A stretch of 62,989 nt of DNA, counting the filler, from Hyphochytrium catenoides (Eukaryota > Protista > Hyphochytriomycota), in the NCBI GenBank assembly GCA_900088475.1. It is 10 parts of 10 records of this genome, joined end to end, with 100 filler letters (N's around TTAATTAATTAA, not from the genome) between each part and the next. Parts side by side here need not be neighbours in the genome. Positions count along the whole stretch, not along the records: positions 56,817 to 60,353 come from FLMG01001469.1; positions 60,454 to 62,989 come from FLMG01000950.1; 8 more parts are not named here. The stretch is one strand, 5' to 3'. The stretch's first letter is position 1. Each line of letters starts with the position of its first letter. The notes under the pieces are model-generated. The model was not told the DNA's origin. It worked only from the letters and a program-made list of their open reading frames with translations, and made no database searches. This document shows, piece by piece, positions 59,453 to 62,989 of this stretch. The position numbers and the translations under genes are program-made.

Positions 59453-60353
59453 CGTGTAGGCAGATTTGTGGAGCCTGCTTCCTATGTAACACTGCAGCCT
59501 TAACTGCTGCGTGGTCAATCCTTAGCGTGTTTACAAAGATGGTAATCTCTTCTCTGAGTTAATGCTAGGGCCTAGAGACGCTTCAGCGTACACCCGCTAT
59601 GCGTAGCGCAGTAAGAACGGTGAAGGCACTAGACCTCTTCTAGTCGCTGCTGACGTTGTGTCGCGAACAGGCCCAGCTCTCGCTCCGCATGCGTCAGCTC
59701 TTTGGAGGGCATCGCGTTCTTAACTTCCTCTCCACGGCACAGCGCCTCAGAGTGCCATGAGCCATCACACTGTATCTCTTGCCCGGGTGGTCACATGCAG
59801 GCCAAGGTTCGGCTTTCTTCCATCACCAAAGGGCAGAATGTTGATGCAGGGCTATTTGTGATATAGATACGAGGGCCATTCTCCATCCGTTATAAAGGAT
59901 AAACGATCCTAAATGATATATCCTGGTATTTAAAATATGTGAGGTGATTATGGAGTTGGTCAGGAATAAACAACAATTAGATTTGAGATCCAATCATGGG
60001 TGTTTCACTTTTGGTTTGATGTGTGTGAGGGTTTTCTGCTGTTGTTGTTGACGGATCATTCCTCTGCGGCTAGCTCCCAGACAACCCTGACAGTACTTCC
60101 AAGTCATCTTCATGAGTCCTCTTAGTTCTAAGGGACAACCACCCCCAAATCAAAAGCTCCAGCTTCCTCAAGGTGCTGCGTTGCCACTCAGTACCGACCG
60201 ACCGATGCTGCAACCGGACTCAAGGACATCTAAACCCTAGCGACAACAGGGGCAGCACAAGTAAGAAGCTCTAACGCCAGAGGACCTGGACAGAAGGCAG
60301 CAGCATGGACAGCCCGGAAACTCTAAGGAAGTATATGCCCACCAGGGTAGGGA

Positions 60354-60453
60354 NNNNNNNNNNNNNNNNNNNNNNNNNNNNNNNNNNNNNNNNNNNNTTA
60401 ATTAATTAANNNNNNNNNNNNNNNNNNNNNNNNNNNNNNNNNNNNNNNNNNNN
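60354..60453. other. Artificial contig-joining spacer
   Basis: N44-TTAATTAATTAA-N44. Confidence 0.97.
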
Positions 60454-61139
60454 TCTCCTCTTCTCCTCCGATGAAGCTCTACCAATCTCTGCAGACAACG
60501 CCTTCTCTACTGATCTTCCTTGTCTAGCTGGTCGCCCTGCAAGCTCTCTGCTGCTGCTGTTCAGGCGTGGAAAGATGTGCACTGACGGTCAAAGAAGCGC
60601 AAAGAAGAGATCGACAAAAGCTTCAAAAAGTGCCTTCCCGGCGCGCAGCCGACCGCCCAAAAATGCCTTGACACAAGATCCAAATAGCCGCTAACAGCTT
60701 AATGGAACTGGTTGTACTACTATACGATCTAGGGCTTGTACTGATATAAGGGTAATATTACTACTGCACGGTTGGAGGTATGTTCAACAGGCCAACTGAC
60801 GCAAAATGTGTCAATGGCGGCTTCAACTTAGAAAAAGGGAATCTTGCCCGTTTGTTCGTTCCGAAGATGAGAAGGGCGATATTTCGCAATTCTGAAGCCA
60901 TATTTTACAGTTTATATCGTTTCAAGTCTGAGAGGATGTTCCGATTCCAGATTCCACGTAACTGGCATTCATTATTCCAAGATAATATAAAGATGGGAGA
61001 AAGTAAATATACACCAATCTTGGCAAGTTGCCATATTTTGGCGTCAAATATCCACACTGTCAGGATCTTTATCGTGAATTGACCAAGAAAGTGAGCCTCC
61101 AAGAGATCTCCGTAACAGCAGGAGAGACAGAGGAGAGAA

Positions 61140-61198
<59 letters not shown>

Positions 61199-61269
61199 AA
61201 GAGGGAGAAAGAGGAAGCTGGCGTCATGTGCTCAGGGCTCAGAGCTGTGCTCAGGATGATAGAAGGTCG

Positions 61270-62100
61270 TGACGGTTCTTATCTTCAGAACAGCTGCCTG
61301 TTGACCTTCAGATAGGAATCCCGACCTGCATCCTTTCGCTAAGAGCACCGACGATGCTCAGCTGCTTATCGAGCTCATCGGCTCATCAGGCGCACGTCAG
61401 CAGGAATGGAAGACAATCTTAAGGTCTGGGATCTGCCCTGACCTACTGGCCCATCGCGCAATCCGTCAACATCGCCGATCGCCTGGACCTTCTTCTCATC
61501 TCTAGGAACCTTCCTGCATAACTTTGAGAAGAAGGCCGCTGAAAGCAACTGAGAGAAAGATGTCATCAATCGGTCTCCGCCATGGGGCCAGTTGGCCAGA
61601 AGCAGATCCCAGACCTAAAGGCTTGTGCTACATCCTGACGTGCGGGCGGCCCTGACGAGGTTGATAAGCCCTGGACTATTGGCGATGCTCTTGCGAAGAT
61701 GCGGTCGTGGTTTCTATCTTCAAAGAGCTGCCTTCAACTCGGACCTTGCACTAAGCAGTGAAAGTGACGAGGTTGGCTCATGACGATGATAAGCAGATAT
61801 GCGGCTCCGACTTCCTTGTTTGCTGCACCACTTTCCCTCGAAGGCACAGCTTGGAAAGGCCTGGGAAGGGTGAGAGGGAGGAACGGATGACCCCACAATT
61901 TCTCGAACCTAAAGCGTGCTCGACTTCTGGGAGATCTTTCCGGGCCCATATAAGGCCTTCTCCGTTCAGGCCGGGCCCAGACACGGCAGAGGCCCTGGGA
62001 CGTGACAGCAGAGGCACCAGACAATAAGGTGATTGACAGACATCAGCAGAAGCCGGTACCAGAGATCCTATAGTTCCACCATGCTTACCATCCCCAGGCA
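61270..62100 (-). mobile_element. Possible highly decayed non-LTR (CRE-like) reverse transcriptase remnant
   Basis: Stop-riddled minus-strand peptides in RT-like order: DLWYRLLLM, NSPGL, KVPRDEKKVQAIGDVDGLRD (compare K..GGVRPIAVGE.LRR), DSYLKVNRQLF (compare NAFNSV.R). Weak resemblance only. Confidence 0.25.
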
Positions 62101-62727
62101 CCTGTGGGCCGTAAAGAGCAGCGGAGATGACGGGATCACCGAACCGCCCACAGGGTAGATTGGGAGAAGGGCCTCCTCAACAGCTAGCGCGGCAACAGAG
62201 GACAGAAGCACGACGGATGATGGAAGGAGAAGACCTAGAGTGACGAGGGAGAAGAGCCACACGACAGACTGCTCGTCCACGAGGCAGCCAACAACCGCGG
62301 GCAGCGACAAGAGGGACACACATTTTATGAAAGGCAAAGGCGCATCCCTAGAGGAATCTCAACAGCCAAGAGAGAGAAGAGCGATGGATGGAGAGAAGGA
62401 GAATTAGAGCCACCTGAGGCTGACGCACCAAAAAAAAGCTTACTAGCCTAGCAGGTGATGACCCGACCCAGTACTTCTACTACCCTCATTAGGGCCAGGA
62501 CAAGCGGTGACTAAGGGGCGATGTCAACGTAACCTCACTGGAGGCCTCACCGCCGGTTCAGCCATGAATAGGAGTGATAACAAGGCCTCTTCTTGCTGTC
62601 TTGATGGTTCTGGGCCGCTTCCTGTGTCGTTGCTTTCTGACCTCCCATCATGGTAAGCCCTTTGCCCTTCCTACCGTGGCAATCGAACGCGCTCCCCAAT
62701 AAGCTGAAAAAGAAACAAGAGGCCACC

Positions 62728-62763
<36 letters not shown>

Positions 62764-62989
62764 GAGCTGACAAAGTCAGAGAGAGAAGGCGTTGTTGCTG
62801 CAAACATCAAGGTTCTGGGATACTCTGCTATTATGCAGTTTATGAAAAGGGCTGAGTGAAAGGAATGGCACCATCTCTTCTCCTTCTTTTTGCCTCTCTG
62901 TCCATTCTATCTCAGAGCTGAGTGGCGGTGTAGGGGAGAGGAAACTCTTTGGAGGTGAGAGATAGGCAAGTATCTTCAATGAAAAACCT

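Noticed and set aside
59540-59760. Lysine riboswitch upstream of lysA
   Set aside because: The conserved lysine-riboswitch core and five-way junction could not be found. Only short generic stems are present.
1-62989. A multi-gene operon or defence island formed by neighbouring genes
   Set aside because: The genes are spliced and eukaryotic and lie on ten unrelated contigs. Adjacency across spacers is artificial.
1-62989. Alternative genetic code, tRNA or rRNA genes
   Set aside because: Conserved genes translate with the standard code once introns are removed, and TAA, TAG and TGA are all used as stops. No cloverleaf or rRNA-like segment was recognised by eye.

Overview
This is eukaryotic, intron-rich DNA, and it is not one continuous locus. 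Ten assembly contigs are joined by an artificial 100-bp spacer (44 N + TTAATTAATTAA + 44 N) at about 6195, 12163, 14227, 20281, 21476, 31859, 53924, 56717 and 60354, so neighbourhood across spacers has no meaning. The gene content (Sig1/mastigoneme-type EGF repeats, AMDxAAxxGHL ankyrin repeats, DAP-pathway lysA, membrane-anchored RGS) suggests a stramenopile; that assignment is inference. Recognisable genes are an ankyrin-repeat protein, a DCAF4-like WD40 protein, an EGF-repeat secreted protein, a LARGE/B4GAT1-like GT49 glycosyltransferase, a full-size ABCG/PDR transporter, Mpo1/DUF962, PDS5 (about 27 exons), two Pro/Ser/Thr-rich type-I membrane proteins, a large intronless 2OG-Fe(II) oxygenase, a TM-RGS protein and diaminopimelate decarboxylase. 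Mobile DNA comprises a frameshifted Ty3/Gypsy integrase with PPT and 3' LTR, a Harbinger transposase fragment and probable MITE/LINE relics. Most short ORFs in the supplied track are artefacts of (GA)n/(CT)n microsatellites. The best candidates for something undescribed are: (1) introns with (GA)-rich 5' halves and complementary (CT)-rich 3' halves, possibly RNA duplexes that bridge splice sites; (2) a spliced, frameshifted gene resembling phage T7 gp2.5-type ssDNA-binding proteins; (3) the intronless 1270-aa 2OG-Fe(II) oxygenase. All three are hypotheses from reading by eye; no searches were run.
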